The notes under the pieces are model-generated. The model was not told the DNA's origin and ran no database searches. It was given only the letters and a program-made list of their open reading frames with translations. A stretch of DNA of 64,000 nucleotides, taken from assembly GCA_048937405.1 (NCBI GenBank), contig JBHLNF010000001.1, positions 224,001 to 288,000 of the forward strand. The letters are read 5' to 3'. The translations under genes and the position numbers were made by a program. Each line of letters begins with the position of its first letter. The first letter of the stretch is position 1. Shown piece after piece: positions 20,399-30,654 of this stretch. The stretch comes from Promethearchaeota archaeon. GTDB lineage: Archaea > Asgardarchaeota > Lokiarchaeia > Sigyniarchaeales > SOKP01.

Positions 20399-20689
20399 TT
20401 AAAAGAGACTTCCAATCCCTGTTGGCTCTTCTTCTTCAGTTTCTTCTTCTTTTTTGGGTTCTGCTTTTTTATCCTCTACAGCACCTCCAGTCGCGACAGC
20501 AGTTACAGGTACCGCACTAGCAGATTTTATAATATCTTCTATGTTTTTCCCCTTTAATCCTGCAATAAGCTTTTCAATTTCCGATTTATCAATCTTCGCA
20601 CCCGCAGCATTTAACACCTTTTCTACATTTGACTGGTTAATCTTCCCACCAACTTTGTGAAGCAATAAAGCGGCATAGATACTTTCCAT
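20399..20689 (-). CDS. rpl12: 50S ribosomal stalk protein P1 (L12)
   Basis: MESIYAALLLH, Ala-rich hinge and acidic tail ending GIGSLF. Confidence 0.95.
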   Translation of the reverse strand: MESIYAALLLHKVGGKINQSNVEKVLNAAGAKIDKSEIEKLIAGLKGKNIEDIIKSASAVPVTAVATGGAVEDKKAEPKKEEETEEEEPTGIGSLF

Positions 20690-20764
20690 ATTTTATAACC
20701 TCTTTTTTATTTTTTTTATCATTTTATTTGTAATTTTAATTGAAATTTAATAAAGATCTAATTT

Positions 20765-21658
20765 TTATCCAAATAATCCTCCAATACCAACACTTTCAGA
20801 TTCTTCTTCCTCCTCTGGTTCTTTTTCCTCAACTTTAGGTTTCTCCACTTCAGTTGGAGTGGGAATTCCTTCTCCGAAAATAACAGCATTTAAGGTATTT
20901 AATTCAGCAGCAGCTTTTCGAATATATTCCTCTGTCATATCATCTAGGAAGAAAGGCATCTCGAATACGATCCCCAGTGCTTCTCGATAAGCTCTAGACA
21001 CATTTTGAGCAAATTGTTCCATATCCATATATAATATCTCTTCTGGTATAATTTCTCCATCACTCCACGCAAAATGAATTTTAATCAATGATTCAATAGG
21101 CGTTATTCCTAGTTTTTTCAAAACTGCTGCTTGTTTCACATTAACTAAATCACCTGCTTTATGGGTTCTGGTATCTTCACGAACGTGAATTGTATCATTC
21201 ATTATTCTTGTAGGAAGTCTTAAAATCATGTTCAGTTCACTTATTACTTGTCCCGTAGGTAATCCAGTATCTCCGGCTGGAACCCATATATCTACTGGAG
21301 TAATTTCATTTGGTTTTGCTGGAACCCTCCATTCATTTTCAAGAAAAATGGATTTTAACTCGAATAAATCAATATTTGTGAAAACTAGACTTGATTGACC
21401 CGGGATATTCTGTGCTAATTCTTCTAAATTTTTCTTTTTAGATTTTTTTTTAAATTCTTCTATTGCTCGTAGTTGGAGGGATCTTTTTGACATTCGAAAT
21501 TCTGCTCTCCCTCTTAACATCTTCCTCATCGTCTGGATTTGTTTATCACTAATATGAGCAACTTCTATTACAGCAACATTCTTATAATTTTTAAATAAAT
21601 CAATTAAATAATTAATCTCATCAATTTTCCATTGTGGAATATGTTTGTTTTTAATCAT
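20765..21658 (-). CDS. rpl10: 50S ribosomal protein L10 (P0)
   Basis: IPQWK, VPAGDTG, LKKLGITP and acidic tail GIGGLFG. Confidence 0.95.
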   Translation of the reverse strand: MIKNKHIPQWKIDEINYLIDLFKNYKNVAVIEVAHISDKQIQTMRKMLRGRAEFRMSKRSLQLRAIEEFKKKSKKKNLEELAQNIPGQSSLVFTNIDLFELKSIFLENEWRVPAKPNEITPVDIWVPAGDTGLPTGQVISELNMILRLPTRIMNDTIHVREDTRTHKAGDLVNVKQAAVLKKLGITPIESLIKIHFAWSDGEIIPEEILYMDMEQFAQNVSRAYREALGIVFEMPFFLDDMTEEYIRKAAAELNTLNAVIFGEGIPTPTEVEKPKVEEKEPEEEEESESVGIGGLFG

Positions 21659-21662
21659 CTCT

Positions 21663-22391
21663 TCACACCTTGATAGTTTTTAGGAATTCTTCTTGCACTT
21701 TTACAGGTTTTCCCATGGTTGATTTAAGATACATGGATTTAAAATTATTAAATTTATGGGGCATTTGATCAGCGATAAAATCTATAACGGTTTTCATATT
21801 TTCATATAATTTTTCCTGTTCCATAGATTTTTTCCCTATCTTGATAAAAATGATAGGCTGTCTTCTCATTTGAATTCGTATAACCTTTTTATAACGTTCA
21901 TAAGCTAGCTTTAAATCTTCTGGACTAGTAATTATTCCATATCCTGTAGGGAAAGGTTTTGGCATTTTTCCAACAGGTCCGAGAAATCTTGCCAAATATC
22001 TCGCAACATCCCTCATCATTTTATCTTCAACAACAAAATAATCATATTTTTTGGCAAATTTTTTCTTAAATTTCTTCTCCTCATTATTTATACTTACCAG
22101 CCCATTTGAATCTACTGTATCTACACCAAGTTTTTTCGCTTCTAATAGGATCTCATCGGAGGCGATTACGCAAATATTCGGTTTATCCCCTGTAATAACT
22201 TCATTTGTTAATATAATTTCTTTATCAATTCTGTTTTTTGGATCGTTCAAATTGATGTCTTTAATATTTATGATAAGATCAATTGATTCATCAAATTTTC
22301 TTACCTTATCTTTGAACCCTTCCTTTTTAATTACAGAAAAATCGATTGCGGCATTCAATGATCTTTTTAACAATTTATCGTCTACTTTCAA
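21663..22391 (-). CDS. rpl1: 50S ribosomal protein L1
   Basis: RKFDESIDL, LGPVGKMPKP and KSTMGKPVK; TTG start. Confidence 0.95.
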   Translation of the reverse strand: MKVDDKLLKRSLNAAIDFSVIKKEGFKDKVRKFDESIDLIINIKDINLNDPKNRIDKEIILTNEVITGDKPNICVIASDEILLEAKKLGVDTVDSNGLVSINNEEKKFKKKFAKKYDYFVVEDKMMRDVARYLARFLGPVGKMPKPFPTGYGIITSPEDLKLAYERYKKVIRIQMRRQPIIFIKIGKKSMEQEKLYENMKTVIDFIADQMPHKFNNFKSMYLKSTMGKPVKVQEEFLKTIKV

Positions 22392-22397
22392 GCTTTC

Positions 22398-22892
22398 TTA
22401 TTCACCCTTTATGTTATCACTATATTCTCCATTTGTAATTCGTTTTTGAATAATTCTAGGATCTTCCCCTTCAACGGTCAAACCTACTGATAAAGCGGTT
22501 CCTAAAACTGTTTTAATTGCTGCTTTATTTGTTTTATCTAAGAATTTCTCTTTCTTCGCATCAACCACATTTTGAATCTGTTCTAAAGTTAGGTTACCAA
22601 TTTTCTGTTCGGAACAACTAGAACTCCCTTTTTCAACTCCTACTTCTTTAAGCAATAATGATGCGGTAGAGGGTGTTTCAATAAATATTTCAAATTCTTT
22701 TGTCTCTGGATCGCATTCAATTCTAACTGGAACTGTCAATCCCTTAAATACTTTTGTCTGTGCGTTAATTTCATCAACTACATCTTTGATATTTATACCA
22801 GTCGGTCCTACAGCAGGACCAATTGGAGGTCCCCCACTTGCACTTCCTCCAGTTACCAATGCTTTAACGATAACTTTTCCCTTTTCACTCAT
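22398..22892 (-). CDS. rpl11: 50S ribosomal protein L11
   Basis: GGSASGGPPIGPAVGPTG, VPVRI and GTALSVG. Confidence 0.96.
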   Translation of the reverse strand: MSEKGKVIVKALVTGGSASGGPPIGPAVGPTGINIKDVVDEINAQTKVFKGLTVPVRIECDPETKEFEIFIETPSTASLLLKEVGVEKGSSSCSEQKIGNLTLEQIQNVVDAKKEKFLDKTNKAAIKTVLGTALSVGLTVEGEDPRIIQKRITNGEYSDNIKGE

Positions 22893-23421
22893 TTTATGTC
22901 AGTCTTCTAATTATTTTTAAATTCAATGTTGATTTATAAAGGATAAGGAGCGTAAAAATATACGATATCATCTTTTTTTCATTTCAATATCTTAATTTAT
23001 ATTGAAACCGTTTTATTATTACGTCCTAAGTCTCTTTAAAATTACTTGAACTTAGTAATTATGTGAATGAAATAATGTTAAAAAATTTTTTTAAATTAAG
23101 AATAGAATGAACTCCTTCTAATTTTTCAATATGGATATTTAATAACTGGTTTCTAAAATGGTAAAAATAAACGGATAATCAAAATCTTTTGTATTAATTC
23201 CAATGATTTATTATTAGTATGGGTGGATTTTAACCTTTTATAGAGATCTATCTTTCATGGAAATAATTGGCTCTAGAAATTATAAATATTTTTTATTTTT
23301 AAGGGCTATTCATAATTCATAGATGATTATATCCATTAATAAAAGTTTAAAAAAAAAATTGGCTTATATTTAATATTAATCTTGAAAAAGTAATTTCAGT
23401 CTCCTCAACGGGGGATTAAGA

Positions 23422-23961
23422 ATTTCATTTGATTTTACCTATAAATTAGGTGTTTTTGGCGATACTGGTGTTGGAAAAACAACTCTAATTCATCGTTTTA
23501 TCACAGATAAATTTGAGTTAGACCTTGGTAGGTCTATGGGAGTCAATGTCAGCGCTAAAACCATAGATATAGAAGGTTTTGCTATAAATTTACAAATATG
23601 GGATTTTGTAGGTGAGCAGCGTTTCAAAAAACTTTTACCAATCTATTCTCGAGGGACTTTTGGAGGAATATTTATGTATGATATTTCTAATAAGACTTCC
23701 CTGTTAAACTTAATTGAGTGGATATCCATTTTTCATAATACACCGGGAGATAATAAAGATTCACCAATTTTAATCGTAGGAAGTAAATTAGATTTGGAGT
23801 TGGAGTCTAATAGAAAAGTATATCTTGAGGATGTATCTAATTTATCAAATTCTTATGAAATCATAGATATTATTGAATGTTCCGCAAAAACAGGTGAGAA
23901 TGTAGAAAAAGTATTTTTAACTTTAGTTCATGAGATTATCGCAAGATCAACCTATTTATAA
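23422..23961 (+). CDS. Rab-like small GTPase
   Basis: The P-loop GDTGVGKTT lies upstream of the track start (23536) in the same frame; also WDFVGE, GSKLD and CSAKTG. The only plausible start is ATT 23422, after GGGGGA. Confidence 0.88.
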   Translation: MSFDFTYKLGVFGDTGVGKTTLIHRFITDKFELDLGRSMGVNVSAKTIDIEGFAINLQIWDFVGEQRFKKLLPIYSRGTFGGIFMYDISNKTSLLNLIEWISIFHNTPGDNKDSPILIVGSKLDLELESNRKVYLEDVSNLSNSYEIIDIIECSAKTGENVEKVFLTLVHEIIARSTYL

Positions 23962-24000
23962 AATTATATCTTAGAAAATCTCTTAAATATACTATAGTTA

Positions 24001-24183
24001 TTACCGACAGCATAATCTACGACCATGATTTAAATCGCATTTCATATATTCCTCAGATAATATATTTAAAATTGTCTCATGATCTAAATTAGTCTTTTTC
24101 CTAATATCCTCTATTTCAATCCCTGGAGTTGCTATTAGTTTAAAAATTTCCTTCTTTACTTCCTCACTTACTTCTTGGCTCAT
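24001..24183 (-). CDS. Small hypothetical protein (HTH-like)
   Basis: 60-aa ORF with helix-turn-helix-like IEDIRKKTNLDHETILNIL; ends RRLCCR. Confidence 0.55.
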   Translation of the reverse strand: MSQEVSEEVKKEIFKLIATPGIEIEDIRKKTNLDHETILNILSEEYMKCDLNHGRRLCCR

Positions 24184-24216
24184 TATATTAAACCTGTTAG
24201 CATTAATTAATAAATT

Positions 24217-25359
24217 TTAACTTACAAATCTAATTATTTCATCAGCAATTTTATAATTAGGTATTATTAAATTCGCTGCCCCTGTTTCAGCAGCTACTCT
24301 CGGCATTCCATATAATACACTTGTTTCCTCAGATTCAGCAATAGTCTTACCACCTTCTTGTCTAATTGCCATTAACCCTGCAGCACCATCAGCTCCCATA
24401 CCGGTTAATAAAATTCCGAGAGTTTTATGCTTATATACTCGTGCTGTGGAATAAAATAACACATCAACAGAAGGTCTACAAAAATTGACAGGTTCTCCTT
24501 CAAAGGTTCGAACACAAGGTTTGTTATTTTTTACCGTCACTTGCATATGTTTATCTCCTGGAGAAAAATAGATTGTGCCTGGTGCAATTTCCTCGTAATT
24601 TGCTCCTATTTTTACATTCATTTTACATGCATCTTTTAATGACATAACAAGTTGGCGCATGAAAAGATGATTTATATGTTGAACAACTAAAATTGGTGCA
24701 GGAAAATTAGCAGGAATATCACTGAGAATTGTTCTTAACGTTCTAGGACCCCCTACACTTGCCCCAATAACGATGATGCAGCTAGGTATTTCTGCTAGAC
24801 CAATAAATGTTCTCTCTAAAAAAAATTCTTCAGCTCGATCCTTTAATGATGCTCTGGTTTCCTTATGTAATTTAATTTCACGAGTTTTTCTTAATTTCTG
24901 ACTTTTTTTAATAAAAGTATTTTTGTTCAACAATCTGGATTTACTATCAATTTTTTGTTTTTTGGGAATATCTGTTAATAAAATTTTAGATATTAAAATG
25001 TCCTTAATTTTAGGAAGTACTTCCTTCCATATTCCTATGGGTTTAACGATATAATCATAAGATTTTAGGATAATTGGTATTTCAATGGAATCGATGACTT
25101 TTGGATCTACATCCGTTAATATGATAGTTGGAATATTGAATTGCTTAATTAAAAGATTAAATGGAATTAACCATTCTTTACTTTTATATTCAATATCAAG
25201 AATTAGAACATCTACTTCTTTCGTTTTAATACTGTTGATTACTGCTTGCCCATTTCGTTCTATCCCCTCGACATTAATTTCATTATGTGAAGAAAGCATT
25301 TCAGATAATAAATTTCTACGAAAGGTTGATTCAGATGCAATTAATACTTTTTTCGGCAT
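24217..25359 (-). CDS. cheB: Chemotaxis-type protein-glutamate methylesterase CheB (REC plus methylesterase)
   Basis: GASVGGP (Ser), VQHI (His), RPSVDVLF and LTGMGADG (Asp). Confidence 0.92.
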   Translation of the reverse strand: MPKKVLIASESTFRRNLLSEMLSSHNEINVEGIERNGQAVINSIKTKEVDVLILDIEYKSKEWLIPFNLLIKQFNIPTIILTDVDPKVIDSIEIPIILKSYDYIVKPIGIWKEVLPKIKDILISKILLTDIPKKQKIDSKSRLLNKNTFIKKSQKLRKTREIKLHKETRASLKDRAEEFFLERTFIGLAEIPSCIIVIGASVGGPRTLRTILSDIPANFPAPILVVQHINHLFMRQLVMSLKDACKMNVKIGANYEEIAPGTIYFSPGDKHMQVTVKNNKPCVRTFEGEPVNFCRPSVDVLFYSTARVYKHKTLGILLTGMGADGAAGLMAIRQEGGKTIAESEETSVLYGMPRVAAETGAANLIIPNYKIADEIIRFVS

Positions 25360-25469
25360 TTTAGTTCTAATGGGCTCCTATTGAACATAATAAAAAATCT
25401 TGTATAAATACCTACTGATCATAAAAAATAATATTATTGCTTATTTGTTGGAATAATTCGATTTTATCT

Positions 25470-26147
25470 TTATTCTCCTAAAATTACCTTATGTGTAATA
25501 GTTCCAATTTGGTCTATGGATGCTTCAAGTACATCTCCTGGTTGGATTGGTCCAACTCCACTGGGGGTACCAGTTGCTACAATATCTCCAGGAACCAGTG
25601 TGATGAATTTAGAGAGATATGCTAGTATTTCTGGAATTTTAAAAATCATATACTTAGTATTTGATTTTTGACGAATCTCCCCATTTACTTTCAACTGAAT
25701 ATCTAAAGTATGTGGATCTTTTATCTCTTCTATTGATACTATGTTTGGACCAATTGGACCAAAAGAATCGAAATTTTTACTTCGATACCAGGGTAAATTC
25801 ATATTTCTATCACTTATCTGCATTTTCCTTGCTGTAATATCAAGAAAAACGGAGTATCCTCCAATAAAATCGTAACCTTGCTCAATTTGAATATTTTTAC
25901 ATGTTTTAGAAATCACAAATGCTAATTCGACTTCATGATCCACTTGATTATACTCTTGATCATTATATAACAACTTAGGATATATTATAGGATTCCCATC
26001 AGTTACCAATGTATTTACAGTTTTTACAAAAAATAATGGATTTTTAGGTATTTGTGATTTCATCTCCTTTGCATGCTCTACATAGTTCCGTCCTAAACAA
26101 AGGATTTTTGTTGGCTCAATCACTTTTTTTCCACTCTTAAAATTCAT
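25470..26147 (-). CDS. Fumarylacetoacetate hydrolase family protein
   Basis: CLGRNYVEH, DHEVEL, DITAR, KNFDSFGP and ATGTPSGVG. Confidence 0.93.
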   Translation of the reverse strand: MNFKSGKKVIEPTKILCLGRNYVEHAKEMKSQIPKNPLFFVKTVNTLVTDGNPIIYPKLLYNDQEYNQVDHEVELAFVISKTCKNIQIEQGYDFIGGYSVFLDITARKMQISDRNMNLPWYRSKNFDSFGPIGPNIVSIEEIKDPHTLDIQLKVNGEIRQKSNTKYMIFKIPEILAYLSKFITLVPGDIVATGTPSGVGPIQPGDVLEASIDQIGTITHKVILGE

Positions 26148-26380
26148 TCTTTACTCGTCCTCTAAAATAAATCTAATTATAAAAGTACTCCTTTTAATAT
26201 TGTTTTCACAATTTTTTATAAAAAAAATAAATCCTTAATAAGTATTTATGATTTTTAATATTTCAAGAGATTAAAACTCTATAATTTCTTAGTTCTTTAC
26301 AGGAGAATTTCGCATCAACTAAATAAAAAAAAAAATAAAGATAACTACATCAATAAAATAAAAAATAATGATTAAATAAA

Positions 26381-26965
26381 GTGATAAAAATGAATGAACA
26401 AAATCATTACAATGATGAAAAGGAAAAAAAAACATTACCACAGTCCCTTAATAAAAAAATAGCTGCTTCAGCTATTTTTATGGCAGTTGGATTAGTTTTA
26501 AGTTATCTTAATCCCTTTGCATATTTTGAAATATTCGGAACAAAAATTAATCCTTTTGCTCATTTCATTAATGCTATTACTGGTGTTTTAGTCGGTCTAA
26601 TCTTTTCGTGTATAACTGCCTTAGGGATAGCAATTCTTCGATTTTCACTTGGTATAGGGTCAATACATGCGTTTCATGGAGGTATTAGTGGTGCTTTTGT
26701 AGTAGGGATTGTATCGCATTTTTTACGTAAAAAATTTCCTAAATATGTTGAATTCGCTGCTTTTACAGAACCCTTAGGAACAGTTTTTATAGGAGGAACC
26801 ATTGCTCATTTGATTACTCCAATAGGAGGAAACTATTTCGCAATTGAGAGTCTTTTCACATTTTGGGCTTTATTTGCCTTAAGTTGCATTCCAGGATGTA
26901 TTATGGGCTTTATCATTCTAATAATTTTAAAAAAAGCAAAACTAACATGGGAAGATTTTTATTAG
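26381..26965 (+). CDS. thiW: ECF transporter S component, ThiW family
   Basis: KINPFAHFINAITGVLVG, LGIGSIHAFHGGISGA and EPLGTVFIG. Confidence 0.8.
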   Translation: MIKMNEQNHYNDEKEKKTLPQSLNKKIAASAIFMAVGLVLSYLNPFAYFEIFGTKINPFAHFINAITGVLVGLIFSCITALGIAILRFSLGIGSIHAFHGGISGAFVVGIVSHFLRKKFPKYVEFAAFTEPLGTVFIGGTIAHLITPIGGNYFAIESLFTFWALFALSCIPGCIMGFIILIILKKAKLTWEDFY

Positions 26966-26992
26966 CATTTATTATATATCTATTCAATTTTT

Positions 26993-27580
26993 ATGAAATT
27001 TAATTTATCTTTAAATTATAGAGCATTTATTGGACATAAGACCATTCTTTATGGAGAGACCAATACTAAAAAAACTTATTATACCGCAAAATTCGTTCAA
27101 TACCTTATAGAATCAAAAAATTTAGATCCAAAAGAAATCAGTATTTTAGATTTTGCCCCACCATATAGTATAATCAAAGATATCAAAATTGGCGGTAAGA
27201 TATTAGATTTTTATAAAGATAGTATTAAATGTAACAATTTATCCTTTGAAGGTGAAATCATCCCACCCCGTCTTAAAGCGAAGAATATTTACGAACTATA
27301 TGAAAATGCGTGTAAAAACTTTAAAAAAACTTATAAGATTTTATCCTTTTTCAACGATAATCCAACTTCAATATTAATTATCAATGATATTTCAATTTAT
27401 CTACATATAGGAAATAAAGTATTATTACTGGATTCAATAAAAAAAGCCACTACCTTTTTTGGGAATTCTTATTATGGATCATCAATAAATAGTGATTTTA
27501 CATCCCTATTTACTCGTAGGGAAAAAAGGTTAATTGAATATTTAGTCAAAAAAATTGATTTTTCATATTTTACTGGATAA
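26993..27580 (+). CDS. Hypothetical protein, degenerate P-loop fold
   Basis: ILYGETNTKKT, ILDFAP and LIINDISIYLH. Confidence 0.65.
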   Translation: MKFNLSLNYRAFIGHKTILYGETNTKKTYYTAKFVQYLIESKNLDPKEISILDFAPPYSIIKDIKIGGKILDFYKDSIKCNNLSFEGEIIPPRLKAKNIYELYENACKNFKKTYKILSFFNDNPTSILIINDISIYLHIGNKVLLLDSIKKATTFFGNSYYGSSINSDFTSLFTRREKRLIEYLVKKIDFSYFTG

Positions 27581-27634
27581 AACTAAGAAAATTAAATTTG
27601 ACAAAACAATTTAATTTATATCCAATTTAATTAT

Positions 27635-28345
27635 CTATGTACTGATATGCCTTCCCACTCCATAATACATTAAATATCCCCATAACAGTAATGAAATTGA
27701 AATTAAAGAAATAATTAATCTCAAAGCAGCATTATTTAATGTATTAGATATTATAAAGCAATAAAATAAAATTATGCATCCACATAATCCGATTAAAAAA
27801 TATCTCCAACGATTCTTTATCTCTTCAATTTTAATTCTTTTATAAATCATAATTGAAAGAATTAATGCAGGAATAATACCTATAACTGAACTCACAGTTG
27901 TTAAATAAATACTGTAAAAAATACTCCATACTGGAATCCAATCTGTACTTGCATCAATTTTAACATTACTTGGATTTAAAAAAATATAAGATAATAATAT
28001 GCCATAAATTATTATGAAAATTAAAAGTTTATAAGTAGCAATACCCTTTTCACTCTTTTCTAAAATTAAAGTATAAACTGTGAGAAATACTGGGGACAAA
28101 AATACAAAAAAATTAGATAATAAATTCAAAATCTTTACAGTTTCTGGAATGGTAATTGGAGCGTAAATAAAATTAAAAAGAAGACCGCAAGAAATTGAAG
28201 TATAAAATCCACATAAACTTAAATTTAATCTGTTCTTTTGTCTTTGAAGAATTTTATAAACGATGCAGAAATTAAAAAAAAATATTGCACCTAAACCAAT
28301 ATATATTGCTATAAATCTCGCTAAATCCAATTGAAAGAAAACCAT
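27635..28345 (-). CDS. Seven-TM membrane protein (sensor-like, no output domain)
   Basis: About seven hydrophobic segments in 236 aa. Confidence 0.65.
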   Translation of the reverse strand: MVFFQLDLARFIAIYIGLGAIFFFNFCIVYKILQRQKNRLNLSLCGFYTSISCGLLFNFIYAPITIPETVKILNLLSNFFVFLSPVFLTVYTLILEKSEKGIATYKLLIFIIIYGILLSYIFLNPSNVKIDASTDWIPVWSIFYSIYLTTVSSVIGIIPALILSIMIYKRIKIEEIKNRWRYFLIGLCGCIILFYCFIISNTLNNAALRLIISLISISLLLWGYLMYYGVGRHIST

Positions 28346-28445
28346 AAGGATTTCACACTCAAATTTTTAATTTTCTTATTAAGAATTTTATATTATATAT
28401 TGATTTATATTAATTTGGTGTTAATTTATAATGATTCTATTAAAT

Positions 28446-29447
28446 TTATGGAACTCGTCCAATTCCTATTGTTCTTCCATTGTCTTCAAAAATTTCTATT
28501 TTTGTTAAACCAGCACTATTCATATCATTTTGCAAATTTTGGCGGGTAAAAACTTTGCCCATATTGAAAAGTGATTTATTATATAATGTAATTAATTGAT
28601 TAATTAAGAAATTTTGAACAATGGGAACTTCATTTCTGGTGATTAGAATTATTTCTCCTTCAGGTCTAGTAACTCTGACTATTTCCTTTAGTAAACCAAT
28701 TCGTGATAAATTAAAAAAATCTGGATTCTCACAATATCTTGGAATAATTACCGCATTAAAAATATTGTCAGGTTCACGAATAATTTTTTTATACATGCTG
28801 GAATATTTTATCTTTTTTAATCCAACTTTAAGAAGATCATCATAAATACTTCTATTAGCCAATAGATATATCTCATCGGCGAATTCGTTAAAATAATTAA
28901 GACTATATGGTGCCACATAGTCATGTAACCACACTATTAGGAGATTTTCATAGTGAATTTGATTATTTTCTGTAATAACTTTTTTAGGAAAAATAATATC
29001 AAATTTAGTATCATTAATTATCGAGAGCAAAAAATATTGATTTATGACATTAATTACAGATTTTGTCAATGATGTGGCTGAAATTGTTTCAATCTTTCCC
29101 TTTTTATTTCGTTTAAATGCAAGTAGACCTTTCTTTTCAAGGGTAGAAAGACTATTGTAAAAGCTTGAAGTAGAAAGGTCAGTCGGTTTCTTAAGACTTT
29201 CAAAAAGTAGCTGATCAGTTTTAGAAAAATTATTATCTATTTTAGAGAGAACAAATTTTTTCTTATGTTGAATATATTGATTTACTTCTAAATATAAAGT
29301 ATGCCTTACAATTGGTTCTAAATGCTGTAAGAGTATTTGTAACGTTATTATCTCTGTAATTGAGAGATCTGCAAAATTTCCAATTTCAAGATTTTTTGAT
29401 AATATAGGAAAATCTGGGTCTTCCTTCTTTTTTTGATTATTTTTCAT
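28446..29447 (-). CDS. Winged-helix plus methyltransferase-like domain protein
   Basis: STSSFYNSLSTLEKKGLL (wHTH) and C-terminal LKEIVRVTRPEGEIIL (class I MTase-like). Confidence 0.65.
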   Translation of the reverse strand: MKNNQKKKEDPDFPILSKNLEIGNFADLSITEIITLQILLQHLEPIVRHTLYLEVNQYIQHKKKFVLSKIDNNFSKTDQLLFESLKKPTDLSTSSFYNSLSTLEKKGLLAFKRNKKGKIETISATSLTKSVINVINQYFLLSIINDTKFDIIFPKKVITENNQIHYENLLIVWLHDYVAPYSLNYFNEFADEIYLLANRSIYDDLLKVGLKKIKYSSMYKKIIREPDNIFNAVIIPRYCENPDFFNLSRIGLLKEIVRVTRPEGEIILITRNEVPIVQNFLINQLITLYNKSLFNMGKVFTRQNLQNDMNSAGLTKIEIFEDNGRTIGIGRVP

Positions 29448-29744
29448 TAATATAATATTCTTTTTTTTGGATATTAATTTTTATGTTTTCAATTATATAA
29501 ATTGAAAACCACTTTTTATTTAATAAAATAGGATTGTAATTTTCAATTTCCAAAAATGAAAAAACAAAGATTTAAATATCGAAAATTATATATGAAAGAT
29601 GGAATCAAAAAAAAGTTGAATTATAGGAAAAAAGAAAAATTCATACTAAAATCCAAATAAAAATGGATATGCTCATAAAGAGCATTAGGGTGATCTAATT
29701 CAGAAATTTGAAAATTTATTGAAATTGAATGAGGATCTAAAGAG

Positions 29745-30284
29745 ATGATATGTTTTAATTTAAAAATCATACTAATCTGTATTGGGAAAATGGATTTTAT
29801 TCAAAAGTATTTTAAAATCAGATTCAAAACAAACTATAAATTGATGATTGGTGTAAATATTATGGTAAAAGATATCGAGATAAAACCTGGTGAAGTTGCT
29901 AGATTTTCAATTTGGGACATTAGTAATGATACGAGTTTCGAAACTCTCCAACATTTTTATTATAAAGGAGCTTTAGGCGCTTTTTTAATCTTTGATATAT
30001 CAAAAAGACATTCTTTTGAATTGATAAAAAATCATCATAATCAAATTCAACAAATTTTTGGAAAAAATTTTCCCTTTCTATTAATAGGAAATGGACCAAA
30101 TTTGCTTAAGGTTTATAGTGATGCAATTTATTGTAATAAACCTCGAGAATTCGCAAAAAAACAAGGATGTATTTATATAGAAAATCCATTTAAATTAGAA
30201 AGTAAAACCAATAAGGCATTTGTAAAACTAGCTCGTCAATGTATTCAAATGAAAAACCCGACAAAAACAACCTGTAATCTTTAG
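29745..30284 (+). CDS. Degenerate Rab-like GTPase (pseudo-GTPase)
   Basis: Rab scaffold (IGVNIMVK, SIWD, YYKGALGAFLIFDIS, LLIGN) but G1, G3 and G4 are corrupted. Confidence 0.7.
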   Translation: MICFNLKIILICIGKMDFIQKYFKIRFKTNYKLMIGVNIMVKDIEIKPGEVARFSIWDISNDTSFETLQHFYYKGALGAFLIFDISKRHSFELIKNHHNQIQQIFGKNFPFLLIGNGPNLLKVYSDAIYCNKPREFAKKQGCIYIENPFKLESKTNKAFVKLARQCIQMKNPTKTTCNL

Positions 30285-30654
30285 TTAAATAGGATTTCTC
30301 TCGACATGATTTATTTCTAAAATTAGCAATGATCTGAAGTTTGTTTCCATAAATTAAAATTATAGAATTAATAGGTAATCTATTATCTAATTTAATTTGA
30401 CACCAAACTGATCTGTTTATATTTAATTAAAAATCTCTTTATCTCTCGATATATAAAGAAGAACTTAATAATACTATTATCAAATATAAACCAAATTATT
30501 TTTCCTATAATTGAACGTATTTGATTATATTGTTAGAAAAATAGAATATTCATATTTTACAGAATAATCCCTAGTAAATTCATCTTGGCAAAACAATTTT
30601 AATGAATGCTCAATTTAATTATCTACAAATTAAAAATAAAATTTGTGATTAAAA

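Noticed and set aside
26150-26380. TPP riboswitch upstream of thiW
   Set aside because: The region is extremely AT-rich and lacks the conserved TPP aptamer core sequences.
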